Shown: positions 24,599 through 37,515 of the stretch, in pieces
Position numbering within the stretch: position 1 is the stretch's first letter
Layout of the letters: each line of letters starts with the position of its first letter
Assembly: GCF_022045235.1 (NCBI RefSeq)
Contig: NW_027266266.1
Span: forward strand, 23,994,001 to 24,058,000
DNA: 64,000 nucleotides
Source: Haliotis cracherodii
Taxonomy: Eukaryota
Direction of reading: 5' to 3'
Made by a program: the position numbers and the translations under genes
Notes under the pieces: model-generated
Database searches by the model: none
What the model saw: only the letters and a program-made list of their open reading frames with translations
Told to the model about the DNA's origin: nothing

Positions 24599-25730
24599 AC
24601 ACACGTTCCAAACATTTCATCTTTCAGTCTCTTCTTTGATCCGTCACTACTTAGTTTCCTTAGACACAACATTAAACAATATTTTACTTTACCTCAACAC
24701 ACAACCCTTGAAATACGAAACACGCTATCGATGCCTCGCTCCGCATAAACTACACTATATATTAGTTCCGTAAACAGCTGGCGTCACGTTTAATTAATGA
24801 TGAAATGTTCACTGTAAGTATATGCTTGTTTTAAAACGCGTGGCAGGGATCACACGTGACTGCAATTGCTTATAAGTAGTATAAATAACGTATGTCAGTA
24901 ATATTTGCTACGAAAAGCTCGTGATATCCCAATCTACAACGAAAATGAGAGTCCCTTTGCTTGTTTGCAAACGGACGGCGTGAAACAGCTGGTCGGTGGA
25001 GCGCCCGTCCTCAGATTGCCTTAACATGCTGACATAACAGGATTCAAGAGGAAGAACAACAAAGAATGTATTTTTTATCAGCTAATGAAGTTACCTCATT
25101 GAATAAAAAACGGAAGAGGGGTTTATTATAAGAAATTATTTATGTGTTAAGTACGTTTGTCTATTTTATCCCGCTGAGCCTTTGACAACAGTATGACATA
25201 TGCTTTTTGAACTTTTTCCTTGTAAATAACTGAAACAGCTCTAAGACACGACCACGAGGCCATGGCTGATTTTACAGGAACCGATAGCGTTATGATTTTT
25301 CCATCTTTCTCCTGAATTGGGGTTTAATGGGATGCTGGAGGCAAAACGTAAACATGGATCATTATTCCTAGTAAATAAAGTAGCGTTTAAGTTCGAAATG
25401 ATCAGACGAAATGGAGTAACTGTGTTTTCAAAGACGATAAACGAGCTGGAAAATACAAGTGCACTCTGAATCACATCTTGCACCGAGAGCAGACCCGGAA
25501 TAGCCAGAGCACAGTAGCAGATGTAAACAATCGGGCAAAAGAAAGTACACCTTTGAACATCTGCTCCTTGTGTACTTTGGAATTGTCCGTCATGTTCCTT
25601 GTGACGTCATGTGCACGTGACCTGTTGTTAGATATTCATTGATATGATGCATGTAATATCGCCTATGACACCCGTATCCCATCCATCCTCGAATAACCAT
25701 TTCTTGTTTGTTTTATTTTTACCCACCAAC

Positions 25731-26483
25731 GTGACGATGAATTCCAACTATGGTTGTTAAATCTAGCCAACTGTGACGGTGAATTCCGTCTACTAAGGTT
25801 GTTAAATCTAGCCAACTGTGACGGTGAATTCCGTCTTCTAAGGTTGTTAAATCTAGCCAACTGTGACGGTGAATTCCGTCTACCAAGGTTGTTAAATCTA
25901 GCTTATGTGACGGTGAATTCCGTCTACTAGAGGTGTTAAATCTAGCCTATTGTGACGGTGAATTCCGTCTACTAAGGTTGTTAAATCTAGCCTATTGTGA
26001 CGGTGAATTCCGTCTACTAAGGTTGTTAAATCTAGCTTATGTGACGGTGAATTCCGTCTACTAGAGGTGTTAAATCTAGCCAACTGTGACGGTGAATTCC
26101 GTCTACCAAGGTTGTTAAATCTAGCTTATGTGACGGTGAATTCCGTCTACTAGATGTGTTAAATCTAGCCTATTGTGACGGTGAATTCCGTCTACTAAGG
26201 TTGTTAAATCTAGCCTATTGTGACGGTGAATTCCGTCTTCTAAGGTTGTTAAATTTAGCTTATGTGACGGCGAATTCCGTCTACTAAGGTTGTTAAATCT
26301 AGCTTATGTGACGGTGAATTCCGTCTACTATAGGTGTTAAATCTAGCCTATTGTGACGGTGAATTCCGTCTACCAAGGTTGTTAAATCTAGCCTATTGTG
26401 ACGGTGAATTCCGTCTACTAAGGTTGTTAAATCTAGCTTATGTGACGGTGAATTCCGTCTACCACGGTTGTTAAATCTAGCCA
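25731..26483. repeat. 44/45-bp minisatellite, ~17 copies, with palindromic core GACGGTGAATTCCGTC
   Basis: Unit TGTGACGGTGAATTCCGTCTACTAAGGTTGTTAAATCTAGCCAAC; no unique spacers. Confidence 0.95.
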
Positions 26484-27130
26484 ATGTCTCGAAGTCAACT
26501 ATACCGAATGCGTCAATATTGTCGAACCTAGTATTTCGTCCCTAGGGTCATGGCTAACACATGATATAACTGGAACAGTGTTCAAAGCGGCGTTATACCC
26601 AACTCACTCACTCTTGCATCGTGCCAACGATTTCGTTAAAAGCAAACAAATGTTAGTAGCATCAGTAAGACACAGCATGTTGACACCCTCGCTCGCCATT
26701 GTTCTTCTCGACCCTGGAACACATGGCATCATTATTCCAGTGACGTTGCAGGCACAAGGATTCCACTCAATGCTGTGACAGAAATTGAAAGTGAGTATTT
26801 ATTATATGCCTGGAGTGACTAGAAAACAACCCCAGATAGAACAGGAGGGGTCCCCGGGTCAGTGAGCTGTCTCCCCGATAGGAAGCAGAGTCACGCAATC
26901 AATACAGACCGATCTCCCCAGCCACACGGGGACCCGATGTTGGCAGCTCGAACTATAGTACTGTGATTGTTGACCTAAAAAACACCAATCTGAGAAGAGT
27001 ATACGACTGATTTGTTTACTGTTGCCCAGAGAGGGGAATGCTGCTCACAATGCAATCAAACACTGTCGAGTGAACGAGTTGATCTTTTCCCGCTTTATTG
27101 GGGTTCAACCGTTGCACCAATGTAGGTGTG

Positions 27131-27358
27131 GTGAGTGAGTGAGTGAGTGAGTGAGTGAGTGAGTGAGTTATTTTTAACGCCGCTTTTAACAGTTTTCCAG
27201 CTATATCACAGCCTGTCAGCTTAATGTGGGAGGAAAGCCCGAGGTAATGCAGGTCTCAGACGTTTACCACTTCGGTGAAACCCATGAGCACGGGTATGGT
27301 GCTGGCAAACCTAGAAACATAATTGGGGTGAACCAGGATTCGAACCCACAATCATAGG
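27131..27358 (-). mobile_element. SINE family B, head truncated
   Basis: (GAGT)n tail, body, GGATTCGAACCCACAATCATAGG. Confidence 0.85.
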
Positions 27359-27385
27359 TGGCACTAGTAGTAGCAGTGGGTGTAC

Positions 27386-27656
27386 GTGAGGTGAGGTGAA
27401 ATGAGGTTTAACGTCGCGTCTTATAGTGCTAGCCCACCGAGATAAAATGCCGCAGTTTAACATGAATATCCCACTCAGACACAGCAAACTGTCTCCGAGC
27501 AGACCAGTCCTAGTTTTAGCCCCTTAATGCCGAGCGCCCGTCAGGGTAACAACGAGTACCATCTTTTAACGTCTTTTGGTATGACGCGGCCGGGGATCGA
27601 ACCACCGACCTTCCACTCTCCGGGCAGACGCTCTACCACTAGACCACAGCGGGTCG
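27386..27656 (-). mobile_element. SINE family D (tRNA head plus V-domain-like core, CACCT tail)
   Basis: Minus strand reads GTGGTCTAGTGGTAGAGCG...GGTTCGATCCCCGGCCGCGTCATACCAAAAGACGTTAAAAGATGGTAC...CTCGGCATTAAGG; this resembles the V-SINE central domain as I recall it. Confidence 0.8.
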
Positions 27657-27659
27657 CCC

Positions 27660-27840
27660 GTAGTAGTTGTAGTAGTAGAAGTAATAGTAGTAGTAGTAGT
27701 AGTAGTGGTAGTAGCAGTAGTAGTGGTAGTAGTACGTAGTAGTAGCAGAAATAATAGCAGTAGTAGTAGAAGCAGAAGTAGTACTAGCAATAGTGGTAGT
27801 AGTACGTAGTAATAGCAGTAGCAGCAATAGTAGCAGTAGT

Positions 27841-27874
<34 letters not shown>

Positions 27875-27912
27875 GTAGTATCAGTAGTTATATTAGTGGT
27901 AGTAGTAGTAGC
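27660..27912. repeat. (TAG)n/(CAG)n microsatellite
   Basis: Direct reading. Confidence 0.95.
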
Positions 27913-28645
27913 CATGGGATCGAGACATTGACCTCATAGAAGCCGGTTTACGAACGAATGCTTTAACTACAAGGCCCCCACTGTCCTCCAAAGGTAACAG
28001 AAGTCGTTCCGTGGTCACAAAAGATCCACGTTGATTGGATGGCCACTATGAATGGAGTATATGGCCTATGGATAACCTCATTTGTCACGCGTAGGCCTCA
28101 GTCTACGAAACGAACATGGTCTACCGCTATAGCTACAACGGGGAATTTCATCTGGATCGACATACCTCAAAGCCAAGACTTACGATTGTCGTAACTTACA
28201 TACAGTATTCTAAACTTAAGATTATCTGTTGTAGAATTTGTAGAACTTGCATATAAATCCACAGGCCAGGACTTGATGAAAGTAACCTTAGTGCTACGAC
28301 CATCGCTAATCTATTTTATGCTTCGGTGGCCATCCTATTCACGAGAGCGGTTTTGTAAGACATATTTGTTCAAACATTGTTTTCTTTGAAAATTCTTTTG
28401 ACCAACAACACATCAGTTTTCCAAATAACCAGCATGTCCAGTGGAAGACTTATTTTATGCGGGTATACAACCTGAGAACAAATAATTTAAAAATCCCTGC
28501 TGAGAATTTGGGGTCTCGGGATGTACGGGGTCCGAACTATTATAGTTCAATGTAATAGTCAAATGAGTCTTGTTCTTAACTTCTTTTGAGGAGTATTGAC
28601 AATAAAACTGACTACTTTTAGATTTTCATTCCATTTCTACAGCAA

Positions 28646-28762
28646 TGTTTGTTTGTTTGTTGCTTAACGCCGCACTCCATATTCCAGCTCTATCACGACG
28701 GTCTGTAAATAATCGAGTCTGGACCAGACAATCCAGTGATTGACATCATGAGCATCGATCCA
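28646..28762 (-). mobile_element. SINE family A, 3' fragment
   Basis: GTTT tail plus GACGGTCTGTAAATAATCGAGTCTGGACCAGACAATCCAGTG. Confidence 0.8.
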
Positions 28763-29029
28763 GGTAAGCAGTAGCAGTCTACAGCAATGAGGATGTTACT
28801 AAAGGGATCAGCACTATTTTGTCCGAGTATGTCTTGTATTAAGCGAGCAGATGGCGTGGCTGTTGATCTTCCCTGAACACAGCATTTCGTGTTAAATCTG
28901 AACAGCGGATGTTTCACGAATGTCAGCTCACGAACGGGGGGTGTTAGATAAACCGAGAATTTGACAGTTGAGACATTGCAGTCATTCGTGGCAGTCTACA
29001 GTTACTGATATCAGAGCCATGTCTCTTGT

Positions 29030-29226
29030 GAGAACCAGAAACCTTTGATCGAGGGTTCGAACCCAGATTTGTCCTGATTATGTTTCTAGGATTGTCAGCA
29101 CCATACGCGCGCTCGTCGGTTTCACCAAAGTGGTAAAGGTCTGAGACCTGCACCCTGGCGTAGCTCCTACATCAAGCTGGTATAACTGGAACACTGTTTA
29201 AAGCGGCTTAAAACAAAACCCACTCA
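29030..29226 (+). mobile_element. SINE family B fragment
   Basis: GGGTTCGAACCC...ATTATGTTTCTAGG...GGTAAA..TCTGAGACCTGCA...AAAGCGGCTTAAAAC. Confidence 0.7.
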
Positions 29227-29473
29227 GTCGCTAATATTGTTTTTAAGCACATATTTTGATAACAAAAATACAAAATATGCCTTTCACATGTTTAAAGAAT
29301 GTTAAAAACTCTCATTCATCAACGCGTCGCGTATCTTCAAGTTGCATATAAATCAGCTGAGCTGTTAAATTAATGTTGTTACGTCTAGCTACGTGTTAAA
29401 CCCGAACAAAACGGCACCGATCCGATTCACAGTGAAATACACTATAGTACATGTATAGTTATACGCCATTGGA

Positions 29474-30140
29474 ATGAATGAGTGAGTAAGTGAATGAGTG
29501 AGTGATTGAGAGAAGGAATTAAGTGAGTGAGTGAAGTGAGCGAGTGAGAGAATTAATTGAGTAAGTGATGGAAGCGAGCGAACGTGTGAGGGAAGTGAGT
29601 GAGTGAGTGGATGAGTGGGGGAAGTGAGTGAGTGGGTGAGTGCGGGAAGTGAGTGAGTGAATGAGTGAGGGAAGTGAGTGAGTGGGTGAGTGAAGTGAGT
29701 GAGTGAATGAGTGAGGGAATTGAGTGAGTGAGTGGGTGAGTGAGTGAGTGAGTGAGGGAATTGAATGAGTGAGTGAGTGAGGGAAGTGAGTGAGTGAGTG
29801 AGTGATGGAAGTGAGTGTGTGTGTGAGGGAAGTGAGTGAGTGAGTGGGGAAAGTGGGTGAGTGATTGGGGAAAGTGGGTGAGTGAGTGAGGGAAGTGAGT
29901 GAGTTAGTGAGGGAAGTGAGTGAGTTAGTGAGTGAAGTGAGTGATTGGGGAGGGTGGTGAGTGAGTGAGTGGGTGAGTGAGGAAAGTGAGTGAGTGATTG
30001 ATTGAGTAATTGAGTGAGGGAAGTGATTGATTGAGTGAGTGAGTGAGTGAGTAATTGAGTGAGGGAGGGAGTGGGTGAGTGAGGGAAGTGATTGATTGAG
30101 TGAGTGAGTGAGTGAGGGAGGGAGTGAAGTTAGTGAGTGA
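29474..30140. repeat. (GAGT)n/GGGAA degenerate satellite
   Basis: Direct reading. Confidence 0.95.
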
Positions 30141-30514
30141 GATGACATTGTTACAAAGTGGGACATTTCCATATACATATTAACTTGGGTATTCTGTAAG
30201 AGAATCTTAAGTATGTAATTGGAATATCATTTATTTCTGTGAATGCATGGTCCCTGTTCATTTCAAGCCATTCATATACGATTTGGACGATTCGCATTTA
30301 GACATTTTCTGTAAATTGGAAACTTAAGTAGCTAAGTTATGTATGAATTAAATGTTAGTAAGTGAATTCGGCTTTAACCTTCAGTGGTGCCCCCTGCAAA
30401 TTCACCTTAACTAGTAGCTGTACTAAAGAATCTGAAACTCAACCTGAAATGGCAAAATTTGTCAAAATATCAAGCCTGCGTCCAAGAAATTGATTTGTAT
30501 CATCACATGTTAAG

Positions 30515-30585
30515 AGTGAGTGAGTGAGTATAGTTTTACGCCGCTTTTAGCAATATTCCAGCAATATCACGGCGGGGGACACCAG
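30515..30585 (-). mobile_element. 5'-truncated SINE C with 10-bp TSD
   Basis: ACATGTTAAG at 30505-30514 and 30586-30595. Confidence 0.9.
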
Positions 30586-30639
30586 ACATGTTAAGTAGTA
30601 CTTCAAGAGAAGTACTGGAACATGTGTAAGAAGATTATA

Positions 30640-31455
30640 GTGGAATCAGGCACACGTACCTAGAACATATACCGGATTAAAGGTTTCTGCGAGAAGAATT
30701 TGGTTTTGTCGGGATATATGACGTGCTCGTGGGTCATACCTAGCCCACGGCCTAAACGTGTTCTGTAGAGGACATGTCTGGGGAGTCATGTTGACGTTGT
30801 TGGCTGCAACGAAGTTATGTACTGTACGGGCTGTATGATGTCTGGCGTTGTCATGCTGAAAAAGGTCACCACGTGGCAGCCGTTGTAGAAATGGTAGGGC
30901 AATCGGGCGAAGAATGCAATATGTCCTAAGGCCTTCGTCACCGTTGACGTCACTGTCAGGAATCGATTCCGGAGATGCAAAGTACGCAAGTACCGGTCTT
31001 CATTGGGCGTAGTTACCCCGTTTTCATGGCCTCTCTGACGTCTTGCCGGTCTGTCTGTAACGTTGCATCAGGATAGTTACTGCAACATTGGAGCAACCAA
31101 AAGTTCTTGCAATGTGGGTGGCTACCATCCGTATCACACCCAGGGCCCGCTCGCGTTGTTCGGGTGTCATTCGTAGCATTTTTTGGGTGTTTTTTTTTAT
31201 CAGTGTGTGTGTCTGACATGCCGTCCGTATAATGTATAAATTACCCTTATGGCACGTGTAGTTTCGGCTGCCCCTGCGGGACGTATGTTTCACCTTTTCG
31301 CATTTTCTACAAACAAAACGTGCCGTTGACGTGTATCACTTTCTGCATAAAGCATTGTGGTGTTCGGACGATATGTTTTGCATTGATTTTTTTGTTTTTG
31401 AATTTTTGCAATTTCATTTTTAAAGTGGTAAAGTTTCTTTTGGCCGTCAGTTTTT
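30640..31455 (-). pseudogene. Internally deleted Tc1 transposon remnant
   Basis: Minus strand encodes MLRMTPEQRERALG...MQRYRQTGKTSERP, then LHLRNRFLTVTST, then jumps to LFQHDNARHHTAR and SPDMSSTEHV; TIR-like AACTGACGGCCAAAAGAAAC near 31455. Confidence 0.85.
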
Positions 31456-31679
31456 AATATGAGTTTTATTGATTTATTGTTTATCATAGTCTTCCATCTC
31501 TCCATATGGAGAGGCCATGTGTGTGTGTTATTGGCCTGTAAAGGAATGAGACTAAAATAAACTGTCTATTTATCTATCTACCCAAGTGAAGAATTTGGTT
31601 ATGCGCATGACCTGTACACGTGCTATAAGGCCTTGACCCCGTCTGTTTGTTTGCGTATGGTTAGAATGTACATACAATG

Positions 31680-31955
31680 AGCAATATTCCAGCTATATCA
31701 CTAGAAGAACTAGTGACTGATATCATGAGCAACAATTCAAGCAGTCTGAGTAGGTTGACATGCAGTCAATCAAGTCATCGAGCCTGACCACCGGATCCAT
31801 TTAGTCGCCCGTACGACCAGCAGAGATTGCTGGGGACCAATTCTTTGCCGGAATCCCCACTGGGAGACCAGAAACAGAGGGGTTTTATTATTCTGGTAGC
31901 ATTTGTGATGTATAGAGCGATAGGGACCAATTCTAACCCCGAATCCCCACATGAG
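31680..31955 (-). mobile_element. SINE family A, variant subfamily (TGGGGA/TCCCCA head), head present twice
   Basis: Minus strand reads GTGGGGATTCCGGCAAAGAATTGGTCCCCAGC...GTCGTACGGGCGACTAAATGGATC. Confidence 0.7.
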
Positions 31956-32351
31956 GACTGACATATGGCATACCGTATAATGGCGTCGTGAGAGCGGATC
32001 TAGTTCCGCCAGGGTTGATCAAACGGACTCTTCTGGTCTCTGTCATTTGTCCCTGGTGTGGATTATATTACCGTTAGGATTGGATAAACAAACCAATAGT
32101 GACACTGAATAGGCATCAAGAATTCACATCTGGAAAGATATTTGGACGAGAAGATAGCGAAGTTACGACCCGGATGAAAGGTCACCAAAGGAGGTTACTT
32201 GCTGAGGTGCTCGGGTAGCTTAGTGGTAAGGGTGGTAGCTCGCCACGCCTAATAGACGGATTCGAGCCGTCGCAACAGCAAGCTACGCTCTCACTTGGAT
32301 TGCATTATCCTAATTAAGCTTATGCGCCACCAATTCGATTTCTAGCTTAGT

Positions 32352-32682
32352 TGACAGGTAATAGACAGGGCGGACACAGCATGGGGCTGTTGTACATGCA
32401 ATCGGTAAAAAGGTAGACATCGAGCAGTACGCATAGGCTGGAAGACCTAACATAACACGTGGCATTAATACTCACAATGAATGGGGCTATAATGTGACTC
32501 ACCAGGACAACAGGGTGCTAGGATACAATTGTGCTGTGACGTGATACTTCCGTAAAAATCGTCACTACACAAATATCGTATTTTACTCTCGTTAGTTTCT
32601 AATGTAATAAAAACAATATTTCAAAACCTTTCAACATACATGTCTTCTTTCAATTAATCAGACATTATATTTGAAAACTGCA
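32352..32682. repeat. Dispersed repeat, inverted partner of 40676-41010
   Basis: CAGGTAATAGACAGGGCGGACAC...TCAGACATTAT; reverse complement found at 40676-41010. Confidence 0.85.
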
Positions 32683-33170
32683 ATTAATACATAAACAGTT
32701 TAGTTTTTAGTCGGACAATTATTCCAAATGTTTGATGCCATGTGTTTCTGTAATAAATATTAATTGAAGGTTATGGATTGATTTTGTTTTGTTTTTAATA
32801 TACTGTAGTTTAATAATTAAATGAGAGGTCAAAATGTCCCTCATCTCATGGTTTGTCACATGAATAATTCTAGTCCACTACATGAATAAACTGTTAACAT
32901 ATTTAGCGGTGATAATTGTAAGATAATTAATATATGATGATGTTGACTAATGCCGATACCACCAATTATCAATATTATCAATATTGCCTAACGCCATGTT
33001 GGCAATGTTACATCGCGTGGCGGTTTATGTCAAGATAATTAGCTTTGTCCCTTGTATTGCACGAGGTGTGGAAACAGCAAGCTTCGCTCTCGTACACTCT
33101 CGTACACTCTCGTACACTCTCGCATGGAGATTGTAGTAACCCAATTATGCCTTTAGGCCACCCATTCGAT

Positions 33171-33303
33171 NNNNNNNNNNNNNNNNNNNNNNNNNNNNNN
33201 NNNNNNNNNNNNNNNNNNNNNNNNNNNNNNNNNNNNNNNNNNNNNNNNNNNNNNNNNNNNNNNNNNNNNNNNNNNNNNNNNNNNNNNNNNNNNNNNNNNN
33301 NNN
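33171..33303. other. Assembly gap (N run)
   Basis: 133 N. Confidence 1.
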
Positions 33304-33331
33304 TACAACGCCTGCATTTGCCCGAGGCATG

Positions 33332-33346
33332 ACACACACACACACA

Positions 33347-33378
<32 letters not shown>

Positions 33379-33381
33379 CAC
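33332..33381. repeat. (CA)n(CGCA)n microsatellite
   Basis: Direct reading. Confidence 0.95.
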
Positions 33382-34127
33382 TGATTCCATACCATGTTCT
33401 TCACATATATGCACCTCTAAAACTGATTGTAAATCTTCTCTAATAATTGATTGTAAACATTCTTCTTTTGACTGATTATATATATGATTCTGTGTAATAA
33501 ACTCACTGTTTATTCACGCAGGTCTTGTGTTGTTGTGTGGGTTGGTCGAGTACAGTGGTACCTCTGCTAAAAGAGCTAATTCCCCTCGGTCGTTTTTATT
33601 AACTATATAAGTAAAATAATCTCAAACGCGACGTTACACCCATATTTCACCTCACCTCACCTCACCTCACCTCACCCACCCCATCCCACGTCTACCCCAT
33701 CTGTATCCGCCAGTGGACACCTCGAATCGGCGGAAAAACTCACTCGCTGAGCCAGCAGCAGGTCGATATTCCTGTGGGAAGAACTGGCTATCTTACCACC
33801 AACGTCCATGTCTACACATTAATGTAAACCACAGTCACACAATACCGCCAGCAGAGATGTAAAATCTATACCGCAGTTCGCGCGCACACCAACACGAAAT
33901 GAAGCGCTCATCACTAGCATTGGCAGGCTGTTCTGTTCTGTTAGGTAATCTAATGTTTCAACAGACAGAAATCAGCCTTTCGTTTTCGGGTCATGATGTT
34001 CAATTCTGGGTATCATGCAGATGCATGTCTGATTTCCAACCTGAATGCACGGACTGATCTGCAATTTCGAAGGGAGTTGTCAAAATAATAGGCAAATTTA
34101 TAGTCAGAGGGTTTGTTTTTCTCAATT

Positions 34128-34470
34128 GTGTATGAGGAAGTGGGTGGTGGATGCATGTGTGTGTGTGTATGTGTGTGTGCGTGCAAAAGAGAAATAAGTA
34201 TGTGGTGTGTGCATGTGTGTGTTGGAAGGTGAATGTGTGAGGTGCGTGTATATGTGCGTGTGGAGAGGGGTATGTTTTTGTGTGTGGGGGGAGGTGCATG
34301 TGTTCTGTGTGTGCGTTCTAAAGAGAAATGAGTGTGTGGTGTGTGGATGTGTATGTTGGAAGGTGAATGCGTGAGGTGCGTGTGTGTGTGGTGTGTGTGG
34401 GGTTATGTATGTGTGTAGGGGGAGGTGCATGTGTGTTAGTGAGTGTGTGTGTGTGTGATAGTGAGTGTGT
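34128..34470. repeat. TG-rich low-complexity block with an internal ~135-bp duplication
   Basis: AAAGAGAAAT..GT.TGTGGTGTGTG..TGTTGGAAGGTGAATG.GTGAGGTGCGTGT occurs twice. Confidence 0.85.
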
Positions 34471-34729
34471 TTTCCCCTACAGAATCCGCTTTAACAATTC
34501 GTTTGTCTTTCTTAAGTACCACATCACACATCATCACCTGATTTACCGTATACGTGTTTCAAAGATCCACAAAATCACTCTAACGTTTACCAAACACCGA
34601 TAAGCCCTGGTACACCCAGACTCAGGCTTTTTCATCTGCTGTTGTATAAACACCATCTCCAATTCTACAACAACTGAGGCGGCTACGTTTAGTGAATTTA
34701 TCCCTCTCAAAACCCTCACCACTAAACCA

Positions 34730-34960
34730 ATACCCCGATTGGTCACGGCCTGACTTGGCACCATATGGTAAATCCATACCCCCAGGTCAGGGGAAATATA
34801 AGACATTCGGTAATTGATTTCCACACAAGCGACCCTCCCGCCCTTCTCCTCCGCCAAGAGACGTCTGCCAAGTAGCGCGTGCTCCTCTCTCTCTGTGCAC
34901 GCGCTGGCTGGTTGGCGGTCGGCTGTCCGAGCGCGATGGAGGCTCAGCGGTACCTGCAAA
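34730..34960 (+). promoter_or_regulatory. Candidate promoter region of the LHFPL7-like gene
   Basis: Local GC/CpG-rich, non-repetitive patch with reverse CCAAT (ATTGG ~34738) and GC box (CCCGCCC ~34837), 500-700 nt upstream of the ATG. Confidence 0.4.
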
Positions 34961-35456
34961 TGACGCCGAATAGGCCATAGGTCCCGTATTGATTCTGGGA
35001 GATGCTCGCACAATAATGATTGTTCTTGATTTCCGTGTGATAACGCCAGGAAGTTGTCGTCTGCTCGAGAGGTGCAGACTTGCCTTGAACATGCTTGGAA
35101 GACGCCCGTCAGTTGGTTGTGCACTAACCCCGGGTTTCAGAGACCAGAAGGCTGTTTCCGCTAATGAACCGTTTGAACGCTATTTCTAATGACTTTAGTG
35201 AGAGACACTCACGTGCAGAACTTGGGCTATGAGCGTTGCCTCTCATTCACCACTTTCGGGATAGTTTAGACGCATGTACTTAACACCTAGTTTGATCGAC
35301 ACCTGACCCGTTGTGTACCCAGTGGTCTCTAAACAACCAAATCGAACTGACGTGACTGGAAAACTTCCAAAATGTGATCAACGACGATTAAGAGGCGACC
35401 ACTTCCATGATCGACTTTAAACGTCCACTACGGAGACACCAGACGGCGATGGAGCA

Positions 35457-35820
35457 ATGCCGTCGCCAATTTTGATGATATGGGCTCTACTGTCAGTTTT
35501 AGTTGCGGGTACCTGCACATTCAGCTTCCTTCAACCATTCTGGTTCATCCACTTGGACTACACGCACTCCTTTGGGCTGATCAGCTACTGCTTCGGCAAC
35601 ACCCGCTTCGCCTACTCTCGGGAGACCTGTCTCGCCTATGGGGGTAATTTCAACCTGGGGAGCATTCCCTCTGGGGCGTGGCAGGCCTCGTGTGTGTTGT
35701 ATGGAGGGGGTTGTGGACTTCTGTGTCTCGGCGCATTTATTGCAATATGTGTGGCGATCATTCCAGCCGATTACAGAAAGAAACCAACAAGACTTGCAGG
35801 TTACACGCAAACGGTAGCAG
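35457..35820 (+). CDS. LHFPL7: LHFPL tetraspan family (LHFPL7/TMEM211-like), coding exon 1
   Basis: MPSPILMIWALLSVLVAGTCTFSFLQPFWF...SFGLISYC...C..YGG...IPSGAWQAS family motifs; donor CAG|GTGAGA at 35821, phase 1. Confidence 0.9.
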
Positions 35821-36727
35821 GTGAGATACGCTGTCATATTTTGTATATATATGTACTTACGTGACGACACATATCGGAATTGTTCAAATATGAATCAGGG
35901 TTGTTAGGAACAAAACTGCTTCTTCCAAGCTGGTTGGTTAATTCTGCTGGTACCTGTTGCACGAAGTCGTTTCTCTGGCTGTAACGATGCAAGCATCGTT
36001 CTGAAATCAATATGTCTGATATTACAGATTAAACGTCAGAGATATAAATAATGAATAATTGTTTTTCATGGCTATATGTTATTCAGAATTGTACAACGGA
36101 ATTTAAATGAAAATTAATATCCACTGAAATATGAAAGTGGAATTTGTGGAATTTCAATGTCGACGGGAACCGCGATGTATCGACAGGGCACGTGACAGTA
36201 TATAGCTACATATACTGGAGTTGTTGAATGTAAGTAATTACATAAATGTATTAATCGCGGATGTTCTGGGTCCCCAGAACCCAGCTGCTGTCATGGCAAC
36301 TAAGGGGGACCCTGTGACTAGGCCGCGTGTCATCCTGTCCTGATGGTGTAAATCGCTTCTGGATTTTCTGACCCCGGCGCGATTATTTACAGGCAGTAAT
36401 AATGCTTAATACTACCACTTCAAGTCACTCATTCATACGTGCATTTCATTCGATAAATAATGATTATATTGCACTGAATCGACATGATATTTTGGATTAT
36501 ACAGAAATTTTGTAATTTCTTGAAAAGCGAATCATTGGGACGTAGTCATGTCCTTGTTATTATTATGTCATACTCATTATTTTTTTTAATTATTATTATT
36601 ATTATTATTGTTATAGTTGTTATTATTAATATTATGTCCTACATGTTATGTAGTTATGTGCTTTTATTATGTAGTTATTGTCCAGAGTAACGGGTTTCCA
36701 GACTAACGGGGTTTCTCTATAGAAGTA

Positions 36728-36991
36728 GTGAGTGAGTGAGTGAGTTGGGTTTAACGCCGCTTGTAACAGTATTACAGTTATATCACGGCGTGTCAGCTTA
36801 ATGTCATGTATGGGAGGAAAGCCCGAAGTGATGCAGGTCTCAGATTTTTTACAACTTTGGTGAAACCCACGAGCACGGGTATGGTGCTGGCAAACCTAGA
36901 AACGTCGGAGCGAATCTGGGATTGAAACCCTAAGGGATCCTACACTCCACAGTGAATTGCAGCATCTAAGACGACTGGACACCCCTGCCCC
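36728..36991 (-). mobile_element. SINE family B
   Basis: (GAGT)n tail through GACGACTGGACACCCCTGCCCC. Confidence 0.85.
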
Positions 36992-37515
36992 TCTGTCGTA
37001 AGTTCTTACAAGCCCCCATTGGCATGCCTCGTACTGTATCGTTTGCTCGATCTGGTATTCGCAGAGACGTATACACGCACACTAGTGTACAGAACACTTT
37101 ATGGACTAAAGATCATTGTCCAATACATTGTCGTCACTCAAAACGTTTTTTATACGGTGTTCTGTGAAATAAACAAGCTTGTCGTCTTTAAACATTTTCC
37201 TAGCCAGTTGAATGTATTACTAGCCACGGGACTGAGGACAAACGTTAATTGGACGGATCTGGTGCTTTACTTACCAATCATGTTTAGTCATGGTGGCACT
37301 CTATAGTGATTCTTTCGAAAGTCTAAATAGCAGCCTCGATCAGCCAGTCTATTATATCTCCATTCTATTATCGTAACATAATGAGGATATAATACACCGG
37401 ATAATCGGGGACGGCTTAATAACTGCTTATTATGAATCGTATACAAATCATCATTGTCAGGAAATACGATGCTAAATCCCTTGAGCCCAACCTAAAGACT
37501 GTTATGCATTCATGG

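Noticed and set aside
25731-26483. CRISPR-like palindromic repeat array
   Set aside because: No unique spacers, no cas genes, eukaryotic context
34543-35124. 193-aa minus-strand ORF upstream of the LHFPL7-like gene
   Set aside because: Non-ATG start, no recognisable motif; explained by a GC-rich promoter/5' UTR
35821-35864. C-terminal extension of ORF 35457-35864
   Set aside because: Read-through into the intron past a consensus donor
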